Virus record (IMG/VR): IMGVR_UViG_3300029996_000255
Length of the DNA stretch: 27,595 nt
Origin: a virus
Lineage: Duplodnaviria > Heunggongvirae > Uroviricota > Caudoviricetes
Direction: 5' to 3' (one strand)
Made by a program: the position numbers and the translations under genes. Below, in pieces: positions 10,901-17,813 of the stretch (its first letter is position 1; each line of letters starts with the position of its first letter). Below the pieces are notes generated by a model, which saw only the letters and a program-made list of their open reading frames with translations, did no database searches and was not told where the DNA came from.

Positions 10901-11265
10901 AGTTCCAAACATTACAAGTATTCATTAATGACAATCCTTTTGACGCAGCTTATACATTTTTAACACCATTTGAAGATGTTCCTGATGGTGAGAAGTGTAC
11001 ATTAGTTGGAATTATTGCAAAGGTTCAGAAGAAAAAAGATAAGAATGGTAAGCAGTTTGCTTATATAAATATCTATTCAAGTTTTGGACTTGTTGAAGGA
11101 ATTGTATGGCACAGTCAATTAAAAGAGTATGAAGACCTTGTAAAGAAAGGACAACAAGTAGCAATCCTTTGTAAAAAAGATAGTGAAGAAAAAGTTATTG
11201 TAGAAAAATTAAAGCCTTATAGTAAATGGCTTGAATATGTAAGAAAGAAAGGAGTATCAGTCTAA
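7996..11265 (+). CDS. dnaE: DNA polymerase III alpha subunit (DnaE type)
   Basis: PHP domain HNHTYYSLLDG, GRGSAAGS, PDIDTD, HAGG, KFDLLG, FNKSHS and a C-terminal OB fold. Confidence 0.97.
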   Translation: MYSSLHNHTYYSLLDGYGSPKEMLDRAKEIGLKAFAVTEHGNVYSHIYFDLIKKDYPDIKMIYGCELYECEDIEIKDKDNKYFHLICLIRNEQGRKDLNKVITKSNFEGFYFKPRCTIEDLKPYAENFVISSACLASKLARESDFEKCVEYINEYKEAFPYFFLEMQSHSHKDQCLYNQKILELSQKTNTPFIITTDSHAPKKEDLYYQDKLIQIGRKSSNNDKNAIENTEVYEGCYMQSEEEIHECMDNQIGYENVCIGLENTNKVADLIGEVNMPFQKPQLPTFPLPEGYKDNNEFLWHLVNKGWKDRGYDKLSEADKKVRKERLDYEMGIIHSMGFDGYFLFVWDFIKAAEKLGIEVGKGRGSAAGSLVCYCCHITDIDPIKYGLIFERFLNPERVGLPDIDTDVGNRDAIIDYLVDKYGEDRVCQIINYSYITPTVAITDVGKILGFPYNQMQKLSQKFTFDKWDDCMKANPNLLADNPQYAELFDIAKHLSGRVKTVSIHAGGVGIVDTTINDYMPMKIGTKGEHVIQVDKHYVEDIGIVKFDLLGVATLNLVKEIKDDLHLDPWDYDINNPEFENDRPTYELLASGKTNGVFQVESAGMKDLLIRLKPKLEQLDFEVISVILALYRPDSMGALDEYVEMATGGSRPLSIHPDMDEILKDTNYCMIYQEQLLDIVKKFGGRTYGGADLFRKAIGKKIVELVQKESEILRSEIVANGYPKEIADKIADELSQKGGYLFNKSHSYSYAVLCFETAWFKAHYPTYFFKALFNQNKDKAGAINKYILDARYFNVNIMPPNINHSGMNFTVDNNKVLFGLSAIGGIGESLSKQIIEERENNGIYKSFDDLITRLSLGKASVIALIKSGAIPCKNKREKLVSYLKSQYQPLKFTEVQSLPTYKKLEEDWNIDLKKYIVPSSGKRVVYDKEALLTEYNRLKKKQFDENQKVRFQKYIEDNKKYLEDEQFWEFQTLQVFINDNPFDAAYTFLTPFEDVPDGEKCTLVGIIAKVQKKKDKNGKQFAYINIYSSFGLVEGIVWHSQLKEYEDLVKKGQQVAILCKKDSEEKVIVEKLKPYSKWLEYVRKKGVSV

Positions 11266-11266
11266 A

Positions 11267-13540
11267 TTGGATGAAGATGAGATTTATAAATTCACTGCAA
11301 TAATTACATATGAGCAATATTACTCAGATGACTCGACATGGGGTGTTTTTGGATTTTCAACAACCGATGATATTCCATTCTTTACAAAACCAACAAAAGC
11401 ATTTGATCCATTTGGTGATAATAAAACCTCTGATGAAGAGAATAAAAAGATGAGTAAACTTGCAGGTAAGATGCAGCACTTAGTTGTTGGTGGAGAATAT
11501 GTAGTTAAAGCAAAGTATAAAAAGGATAAAAAATATGGTGATCAGTATGTGCCGATTGCCATATATGCAATTATCCCACAGAATAGAGAGACGCAATTAT
11601 TATTTTTAAAGTCAATGATTCCTGAATGGATGGCTGACAATTTAATAAATGCTTATCCAGATGTGGTTAATGATGTTGCAAATGGCACATTGAAAACAAT
11701 TGACTACAGTCTTGTTAAGGGCGTAAGAGAGATTACATGGAACAAAATCAAGGAGAAGATAATCAATAACTATCTTATTTCTGACATTATTTCAATGCTT
11801 AAACCAATTGGTGTTACATATGCAATGATTAAAAAGTTATTATCAGAAGAACCTAATCCAGTTTTATTAAAGCAAGAGTTAGAGAAAAATCCATACTTGA
11901 TGACGAAAATTGACGGGATTGGTTTTAAGAAATGCGATGACCTTGCATTAAAATTAAAACCAGAATTGATTGATTCAACTCAGAGACTTGTAGCTTTTGT
12001 TCAATATTATTTTAAAGACTTAGGAGAAAGTAAAGGTCATACATGGTGTTCTGAAAAGATTTTAAGGGCAGCCATAAGTAATAATATATACGAGTGTTGC
12101 AATAAGGTTGATTGGCTATTAGAAAATAATGACTTTCTTCATATTGATAATGGTCGAATTGGTCTGAAATATTATTACGATATTGAGATGCAGATTTATC
12201 ATTTGATTCTGAATAAATCTCAAATTGAAACAACAATCAATATTTCTGATGAAGCGATTGATAAAGCAATTAAACATGCGGAAGAAGAACAAGGATTTGA
12301 TTATGTAGTAGAGCAGTTAGACACGATTCATAAGAGCTTACATAGAACTGTTAGTTTGATAACTGGAAAAGCAGGAACTGGTAAGACTTCAATTATGAGA
12401 GCAATTGTTAAAGCTTATATGGAGAATAATTATATGATGACAGCTTCAGCTTTATCAGCAATGGCAGCTCAAAGAATTACAGAAGCAACAGAATTTCCTG
12501 CAATGACTATTCATAGAACACTTGGATGCCAAGGTTTAAATGATTTTACATACAATAAGGATAATCATTTGATTACAGATGTTGCGTTTCTTGATGAAGG
12601 AAGTATGGTTAATGCCAGTTTGTTCTTACATTGGCTTGAAGCTATTGGAGACAATACAAGAATCATTATTTCAGGCGACCATAAGCAGTTACCACCTATC
12701 GGATTTGGAAATGTATTTTCAGATTTAATAGAAATGTTTGATGATTCAGTAGTAAGTAAATTAGTAAAACCAATGAGACAGGCTGAGAAGTCAGGAATAC
12801 TTGTTGACGCTAATAGGATTAGAGAGAATATCAATCCTATATCGGAAAAGTTACAACCAAGAATTATTCATGGTGAATTACAGGATATGTATTATATGTT
12901 CCGTACAAATCGACAATCTCTTTTCAATATAGCTGTGAAGACATTTATAAAATCTGTAGAGTCAGATGGAATAGACAATGTTGTAATTGCAGTTCCTCGT
13001 AGAAAGGATTGCTTAAATAGTACAACTGAGATTAACAAGGTTATTCAGAATGAGTTGCTTGGAGACGTATTACAGAGCATTGATGGATTTGATACGACAT
13101 TTAAACTTGGTGCGAAAGTAATGCAAACAGTTAATGACTATGACAAGAATGTATTCAATGGTGAAATAGGTTATGTCACTAAAATCAGTGAAAGATACGA
13201 AGGTAAGAAAAAAGAAGAATATTGTGAAGTTACATATACTGATATTTTTGGCAAGGATAAGATTATTGAATACACAAAGAAAGAATTAGCTGCATTGGAT
13301 CTTGCTTACGCAATGACAGTACATAAGCTACAAGGTGCTGGTCGAAAAACTGTTATTGGAATTATTGACAATACACATCATCAGCTTCTTGATAACTGTA
13401 TGCTTTACACATTACTAACACGAGCAAAGAAGAGATGTTTATTATTGGCTGAACCTGAAGCATTTTTGCAGTGTATTAGGACAAGTCATAACAATAGAAA
13501 CACTTGGATGATGTTAGAAGCGGAAAATGACAAAAATTGA
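11267..13540 (+). CDS. recD2: RecD2-like SF1B helicase, TTG start
   Basis: GIGFKKCD HhH-like segment, GKAGTGKT, TIHR, DEGSM, GDHKQL, RQ, NGEIG, YAMTVHKLQG and YTLLTRAK motifs. Confidence 0.92.
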   Translation: MDEDEIYKFTAIITYEQYYSDDSTWGVFGFSTTDDIPFFTKPTKAFDPFGDNKTSDEENKKMSKLAGKMQHLVVGGEYVVKAKYKKDKKYGDQYVPIAIYAIIPQNRETQLLFLKSMIPEWMADNLINAYPDVVNDVANGTLKTIDYSLVKGVREITWNKIKEKIINNYLISDIISMLKPIGVTYAMIKKLLSEEPNPVLLKQELEKNPYLMTKIDGIGFKKCDDLALKLKPELIDSTQRLVAFVQYYFKDLGESKGHTWCSEKILRAAISNNIYECCNKVDWLLENNDFLHIDNGRIGLKYYYDIEMQIYHLILNKSQIETTINISDEAIDKAIKHAEEEQGFDYVVEQLDTIHKSLHRTVSLITGKAGTGKTSIMRAIVKAYMENNYMMTASALSAMAAQRITEATEFPAMTIHRTLGCQGLNDFTYNKDNHLITDVAFLDEGSMVNASLFLHWLEAIGDNTRIIISGDHKQLPPIGFGNVFSDLIEMFDDSVVSKLVKPMRQAEKSGILVDANRIRENINPISEKLQPRIIHGELQDMYYMFRTNRQSLFNIAVKTFIKSVESDGIDNVVIAVPRRKDCLNSTTEINKVIQNELLGDVLQSIDGFDTTFKLGAKVMQTVNDYDKNVFNGEIGYVTKISERYEGKKKEEYCEVTYTDIFGKDKIIEYTKKELAALDLAYAMTVHKLQGAGRKTVIGIIDNTHHQLLDNCMLYTLLTRAKKRCLLLAEPEAFLQCIRTSHNNRNTWMMLEAENDKN

Positions 13541-13593
13541 GATTTTGAAGTCTCGGAAGCCCCATAAATAGGGCGTTTCCGAGGTCGAAAATC
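13541..13593 (+). other. Long imperfect GC-rich hairpin right after the recD2 stop codon (terminator-like or recombination-associated)
   Basis: gatttt/aaaatc, ctcggaa/ttccgag and gccc/gggc stems around the loop cataaata. No strong U-tract. Confidence 0.55.
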
Positions 13594-13596
13594 CTT

Positions 13597-13613
13597 TGAA
13601 ACCGTTCTTTCAT
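13597..13613. repeat. Intergenic site A: TGAAA-CCGTTC-TTTCAT
   Basis: Read directly from sequence. Lies between the recD2 hairpin and the SD of the next gene. Confidence 0.8.
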
Positions 13614-13635
13614 TTGGTTAAATTTGGAGGTAAAA

Positions 13636-13800
13636 ATGGAAAAATTCATCAAAATAGCAGAAATAAGCCTTTTTGAGAGTCATGAAGCAAGTAGAATGTT
13701 ATTAAGCCTTATAAATCAAGGCTTTCAGCCGATGCTTTATGAAGAATATGGTGATGGTAGAAAATTATATTATGTAATGCAAAAAGAAGAAAACAATTGA
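13636..13800 (+). CDS. 54-aa hypothetical protein (MEKFIKIAEISLFESHEASR...QKEENN), absent from the ORF track
   Basis: SD GGAGG 5 nt before ATG. Its TGA stop forms the start of site B. Confidence 0.7.
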   Translation: MEKFIKIAEISLFESHEASRMLLSLINQGFQPMLYEEYGDGRKLYYVMQKEENN

Positions 13801-13814
13801 AACTTCTGTTTCAT
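13798..13814. repeat. Intergenic site B: TGAAA-CTTCTG-TTTCAT
   Basis: Read directly from sequence. Overlaps the stop codon at 13798-13800. Confidence 0.8.
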
Positions 13815-13835
13815 ATAAAAAAAGAGAATAAATAA

Positions 13836-14023
13836 ATGTGGTGGTGGAATATGTAGACACGAAATATCCGTTATGTAGCGAGAAATGTACTTAAGTGTAC
13901 GACTGAACAATGCGCTTGGCTGTTAACCAAGAGTACGGAAGTTCTTTTCCCGTAGCGGTCACGTTAATAATACCTCTGTTTGTACAGTAATGTATATGTA
14001 GGGTGAAAATCCCTACCCACATA
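13836..14023 (+). ncRNA. tRNA-like structured RNA: class II (Leu-like) scaffold with a ~110-nt insert containing a degenerate tRNA-Asn(GUU)
   Basis: Acceptor atgtgg/ccacat, Leu-like D arm TGGTGGAATATGTAGACACG, stem aaata/tgttt, variable arm gtaca-GTAA-tgtat, T-like arm gtaggg-TGAAAAT-ccctac. Inner anticodon arm cttgg-CTGTTAA-ccaag. Confidence 0.72.
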
Positions 14024-14057
14024 TTATGAATAAAATAACAAAAAAATAGGAGGATTT

Positions 14058-14618
14058 ATGAGTTCAAAAGACAATTCATACGCAAATACAGACAAAAAGA
14101 CATTATTTTTATCTGATTATGTAGACAACGAATCTATTGGTAAATTAACATGGAGCATTTTACAACAGATTCGAGAAGATGATGAGAAAGATAAGAAAGA
14201 GAAAGATTATAAGCGTGAGCCAATTAAACTATATATCAATTCGTATGGTGGATCTGTTTATGATATGTGGGGATTAATTGATATTATTCTCAATAGCAAA
14301 ACTCCAATTTATACATATTGTACAGGATATGCAATGAGTGCAGCTTTTAAGATTTTCTTAGCAGGACATAAAAGATATTGTTATAAACATTCAACTTTTA
14401 TGTATCATCAGATGAGTTGTAGATTATCAGGAAAACTTCAGGACATTGAAGAAGATAGAAAAGAAATGGACGATCAAAATACAAAGATTGAAGAATATGT
14501 AATCGACAGAACAAATCTCATAAAAGATGATATTAAGGAGATTCGTGAAAAGAAGAAAGATTTTTATATTCATTCTGATGAGGCAGTTAAGTATGGAATT
14601 GTAGATGAAGTTTTGTAA
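14058..14618 (+). CDS. clpP: ClpP-like serine protease (peptidase S14)
   Basis: IKLYINSYGGSV, GYAMSAA (Ser), FMYHQ (His) and DFYIHSDEAVKYGIVD (Asp region). Strong SD AGGAGG. Confidence 0.9.
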   Translation: MSSKDNSYANTDKKTLFLSDYVDNESIGKLTWSILQQIREDDEKDKKEKDYKREPIKLYINSYGGSVYDMWGLIDIILNSKTPIYTYCTGYAMSAAFKIFLAGHKRYCYKHSTFMYHQMSCRLSGKLQDIEEDRKEMDDQNTKIEEYVIDRTNLIKDDIKEIREKKKDFYIHSDEAVKYGIVDEVL

Positions 14619-14633
14619 AGGAGAGTAATTAAA

Positions 14634-14858
14634 ATGAACAAATTAAACAACAAAAATATTTATTACATAGTGGGAATTAAAAATGAGAGATTACCTAGTT
14701 TGAAAAATACAACCATTAATAAAGAGTTTTGTGGGAGGATTGTTAAAATCACCGAAAACAATACATTTTTCAAGCTAAATGGTAGTGAGGTAAATGTAAT
14801 TGTCCCGACTGACTGGATAGAATATCTTGCACCATCTAAATTATTGTGGAACAAGTAA
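14634..14858 (+). CDS. Hypothetical protein, 74 aa
   Basis: SD AAGGAG. Ends in IVP-DWIEYLAP. Confidence 0.7.
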   Translation: MNKLNNKNIYYIVGIKNERLPSLKNTTINKEFCGRIVKITENNTFFKLNGSEVNVIVPTDWIEYLAPSKLLWNK

Positions 14859-14872
14859 ATTTTAAGATTGGC

Positions 14873-14890
14873 AAGAATCGACAATTTCTT
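14873..14890. repeat. Intergenic site C: AAGAAT-CGACAA-TTTCTT
   Basis: AAGAA/TTCTT arms remain complementary, with the same geometry as sites A and B. Confidence 0.65.
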
Positions 14891-14910
14891 TGGAAGAAAG
14901 GAAGGAAATT

Positions 14911-15447
14911 ATGAACACAATTGTTGTAAATTTGTTTGGTGAACCATCAGCAGGTAAGAGTACCTGTGCAATGGATATTACAGCACAATTAAAAAGACAC
15001 GGTATCAATGCTGAATATGTTTCAGAGTTCGCCAAGGATAAGGTATATGAAAATAATGACGAAGTATTTAAACACCATGAATATTTATTTGGCAAACAAT
15101 CATTCAAGATGGGTAGAGTCAAAGGAAAAGTACAAGTAATAGTAGTTGATTCCCCATTAATCTTAGGTGCTATATATAACAGAGATGAAGTATTAGGAGA
15201 AGATTTTAACAAGACTGTGTTAAATGTATTCAATTCATATAACAATAGAAATTATTTACTTACAAGACATCATCCTTATGAAAATGAGGGAAGATTCCAA
15301 AATGAAGACGAAGCAAAAGAAGTGAGAAAAGAAATTATTGATAAGTTAAATCAGTACAATATTAAATATGAAGAGATTGCTTCTACAGAATCAAATTGTG
15401 AATACATAGTGGAAGAAGTTATGGAGGAAATTAGAAATGAACAGTAA
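14911..15447 (+). CDS. P-loop NTPase (AAA_28 / NadR-like kinase family)
   Basis: NLFGEPSAGKST, YVSEFAK, IVVDSP and GRFQ motifs. ATG 14911 follows AAGGAAGGA (the ORF track starts at 14890). Confidence 0.75.
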   Translation: MNTIVVNLFGEPSAGKSTCAMDITAQLKRHGINAEYVSEFAKDKVYENNDEVFKHHEYLFGKQSFKMGRVKGKVQVIVVDSPLILGAIYNRDEVLGEDFNKTVLNVFNSYNNRNYLLTRHHPYENEGRFQNEDEAKEVRKEIIDKLNQYNIKYEEIASTESNCEYIVEEVMEEIRNEQ

Positions 15448-15598
15448 AGGACATTTATTTATTAGTTTAGGAAAATCAGCAATCAGAGTAATTGGTGGAA
15501 TTGTAACATTAGTGAACGGTTCGATTATTCCATTAGCAGTAGGAATTATTGTTGCTGAAGTTGGTGGAGTGTTAGAAGAATTGGTTGATGAGAGATAG
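15437..15598 (+). CDS. 53-aa small membrane protein (MNSKGHLFISLGKSAIRVIGGIVTLV...EELVDER), absent from the ORF track
   Basis: SD GGAGG, overlaps the upstream stop codon, contains hydrophobic Gly-rich segments. Confidence 0.72.
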   Translation: MNSKGHLFISLGKSAIRVIGGIVTLVNGSIIPLAVGIIVAEVGGVLEELVDER

Positions 15599-15601
15599 GT
15601 T

Positions 15602-15619
15602 AAAAAGCGATAGTTTCTT
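15602..15619. repeat. Intergenic site D (degenerate): AAAAAG-CGATAG-TTTCTT
   Basis: Starts 4 nt after the stop at 15598. Spacer and right arm resemble site C. Confidence 0.5.
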
Positions 15620-15640
15620 GTGAAAATTAAGGAGGCAAAA

Positions 15641-15964
15641 ATGAACAGAATAACTATTAATGGTAAAACAATCACATGTTCAGGAGCTAATGTTGTCATC
15701 AACAATGGAAAGGTTATTGTAGATGGTAAAACAATTCAAGAGTGTAATAGTGGTGATATTAAAGTCGTCATCGAAGGAGATGTCAACAAAATTGATTGTG
15801 GTGGATCAGTAGAAGTTCATGGCAATTCAGGAAGTATTGATTGCGGTGGTAGTTGTGAAGTCAGTGGAGATGTCAAAGGAGATATAGATGCAGGTGGCTC
15901 TGTAACTTGTGGTAACGTATTAGGTGATATAGATGCTGGTGGAAGTGTGAGATGTAGAAGATAA
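15641..15964 (+). CDS. Beta-solenoid repeat protein (bactofilin / DUF4097-like)
   Basis: Repeats of G-D/S-I-D-(C/A)-G-G-S-V. ATG 15641 follows AAGGAGG. Confidence 0.65.
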   Translation: MNRITINGKTITCSGANVVINNGKVIVDGKTIQECNSGDIKVVIEGDVNKIDCGGSVEVHGNSGSIDCGGSCEVSGDVKGDIDAGGSVTCGNVLGDIDAGGSVRCRR

Positions 15965-15977
15965 GGAGAATAACATA

Positions 15978-16598
15978 ATGTATAACAAATTAACAGACAA
16001 ACAGTATAACATTGCCATTGGTATTATCTTACTTTGGGGATTTTTAGTGAATACAATAATGTGTGTATTTTTTCAAGACACATTTTGCAACTTAAATCCA
16101 ACAATGGTATTAATTGGCTACTTTGTAGTTGCATTAGCAGGTATTGGTATGAGTGAGTTTTCAGACAACCCAATTGTGAGTTTTATAGGATATAACTTAG
16201 TTGTATTGCCAGTTGGTGTAGTTTTAAGTATTTGCTTAAAGGATTATTATATGTCATCCATTGTACAAGCTTTTATTTTGACTACTTTGATTACCATTGT
16301 GCTTATCATTGTATCAAGTATTAAACCAGAAATATTTCTATCAATGGGAAAAACATTATTTATTTGTTTATCAGCAGTTATAGTAATTGAATTTATTATG
16401 ATTTTATTTGGTAATGTACCTAAATGGTGGGATTGGATTGTCGCATTGTTATTCTGCGGATATATTGGATATGATTGGGCAGAAGCACAAAATAATGCAA
16501 AAACTTTAGATAATGCTATAGATAGTGCAGTTGCTTTATATCTTGATATCATCAATTTGTTTTTAAGACTGTTAGGAAGCAGTAAAGATGATGATTAA
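15978..16598 (+). CDS. Bax inhibitor-1 / YccA family multi-pass membrane protein
   Basis: About 7 hydrophobic segments, LFCGYIGYD, and the signature AVALYLDIINLFLRLL. Confidence 0.88.
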   Translation: MYNKLTDKQYNIAIGIILLWGFLVNTIMCVFFQDTFCNLNPTMVLIGYFVVALAGIGMSEFSDNPIVSFIGYNLVVLPVGVVLSICLKDYYMSSIVQAFILTTLITIVLIIVSSIKPEIFLSMGKTLFICLSAVIVIEFIMILFGNVPKWWDWIVALLFCGYIGYDWAEAQNNAKTLDNAIDSAVALYLDIINLFLRLLGSSKDDD

Positions 16599-16605
16599 AA
16601 GTAGC

Positions 16606-16623
16606 AGGAAACCATTATTTCAT
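16606..16623. repeat. Intergenic site E: AGGAAA-CCATTA-TTTCAT
   Basis: Read directly from sequence. Lies between the BI-1 stop codon and the next SD. Confidence 0.8.
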
Positions 16624-16645
16624 GTGTTTATAAGGAGATGAGATA

Positions 16646-16849
16646 ATGAAAACATGGTTAGTAAAACGACAACACGATAATGTTATTGTGACGATAATGA
16701 AGAATAAATCTGATGAAACATATTCTTTTATTAATCTAACAAAAGAACATATTTGTTCATGTAAATTTAATAGTATAAATGATGCATTAAAAGATATGAA
16801 TAGACTAAAAGATTGTGGGAAAATTATTAATTATTTTGAATTGAAATAA
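16646..16849 (+). CDS. Hypothetical protein, 67 aa
   Basis: SD AAGGAG. Contains FINLTKEHICSCKF. Confidence 0.75.
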   Translation: MKTWLVKRQHDNVIVTIMKNKSDETYSFINLTKEHICSCKFNSINDALKDMNRLKDCGKIINYFELK

Positions 16850-16850
16850 T

Positions 16851-16871
16851 AAACATTAATTATTTCATGTG
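16851..16871. repeat. Intergenic site F (left arm degenerate): AAACAT-TAATTA-TTTCATGTG
   Basis: Shares the 13 bp ATTATTTCATGTG with site E. Confidence 0.6.
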
Positions 16872-16889
16872 GATATTAGGAGGTAGATA

Positions 16890-17150
16890 ATGAAAGCAAT
16901 TTTACAGTATACGGATTGTATGCGTGACGATAAGAATGTTTTTGGAGTATTAGCTTTGAACAATGTAGAAGTAATTAAAACGAAACAGGGAATGTCTATT
17001 TATCCACTTGTTACAATTAGAGTCAAAGATACAGATACACTCAACAAAATTCTAAAACAACTAAATGAAAAATCGCATTACGGGGTTAGGATTGCAAAAG
17101 TGAAATCAGATAAATCATTTATTGAGAGATTGAAGATGTTATTTGAATAA
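16890..17150 (+). CDS. Hypothetical protein, 86 aa
   Basis: SD AGGAGGT. Confidence 0.75.
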   Translation: MKAILQYTDCMRDDKNVFGVLALNNVEVIKTKQGMSIYPLVTIRVKDTDTLNKILKQLNEKSHYGVRIAKVKSDKSFIERLKMLFE

Positions 17151-17156
17151 ATTCAT

Positions 17157-17174
17157 AGGAAACTAAACTTTCAT
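17157..17174. repeat. Intergenic site G: AGGAAA-CTAAAC-TTTCAT
   Basis: Read directly from sequence. Lies between the stop at 17150 and the SD of thyX. Confidence 0.8.
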
Positions 17175-17201
17175 TAGATTAAAAAAATAGGAGGATTAAT
17201 T

Positions 17202-17813
17202 TTGAAAACAGTTTTTAACTGGTTTGGTGATGATTGGAAGAGAGTAAAGAATCATTGTAGAACCACGGATAATAAAGATTTTACAGAGAACGAAGCAACA
17301 GATACTTTTAAAAAGAAGTTGCTTATATCTGAACATTCGCCAATTAGATTACTTGAATTTGATTGGTCATGGAAAGGTATTTATTATTGGCTGAGTACAG
17401 AATGGTCAAGACATAAATTTGAAAAATTTATTAGCTCTCAAAGAGATGATAGATTGGTCGATGATACTCCACGAGGAAAGAAACCACAAGATGCATTGGT
17501 TAATTTTGATGGTTATGCTAATGAGCAAAACTGTATTGATGGATGGAGAAAAAGATTGTGTGGAAACGCCACACCAGAAGCCGTTGAATTGGCAGAAGAT
17601 TTCAAAATTGAATTACATAAAACACATCCATTAGAATCAGATGTTTTAGTACCTAATTGCATTTATAGGGCAGGGTGTCCTGAATTTCGTTGTTGTGGTA
17701 AGATTGCTGAATTTATAAAATGGGCAAAGGATAATAACAAGAAAATTAATTGGCTTAATATTCAAAATAGATATGATTTATACAATGAATGGTTTTATGA
17801 AGTACACAAGTAA
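17202..17813 (+). CDS. thyX: Divergent flavin-dependent thymidylate synthase (ThyX-like), TTG start
   Basis: EHSPIR, EWSRHK...SSQR (variant of the RHR-X7-S motif), RKRLC and VPNCIYRAGCPE. Confidence 0.78.
   Translation: MKTVFNWFGDDWKRVKNHCRTTDNKDFTENEATDTFKKKLLISEHSPIRLLEFDWSWKGIYYWLSTEWSRHKFEKFISSQRDDRLVDDTPRGKKPQDALVNFDGYANEQNCIDGWRKRLCGNATPEAVELAEDFKIELHKTHPLESDVLVPNCIYRAGCPEFRCCGKIAEFIKWAKDNNKKINWLNIQNRYDLYNEWFYEVHK

Noticed and set aside
13867..13976. Insert in the tRNA-like RNA as a group I intron or tmRNA mRNA-like domain
   Set aside because: About 110 nt is too short for a group I core, removing it does not rebuild a canonical anticodon loop, there is no Ala acceptor identity, and the 13-codon internal ORF has no SD.
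15760..15960. Near-tandem nucleotide repeats (e.g. GATATAGATGC)
   Set aside because: They reflect the beta-solenoid protein repeats. No reverse transcriptase or template/variable repeat pair suggests a diversity-generating retroelement.
14041..17197. Shared 16-mer AAAAAATAGGAGGATT before clpP and thyX
   Set aside because: Explained by a strong SD with an A-rich enhancer.
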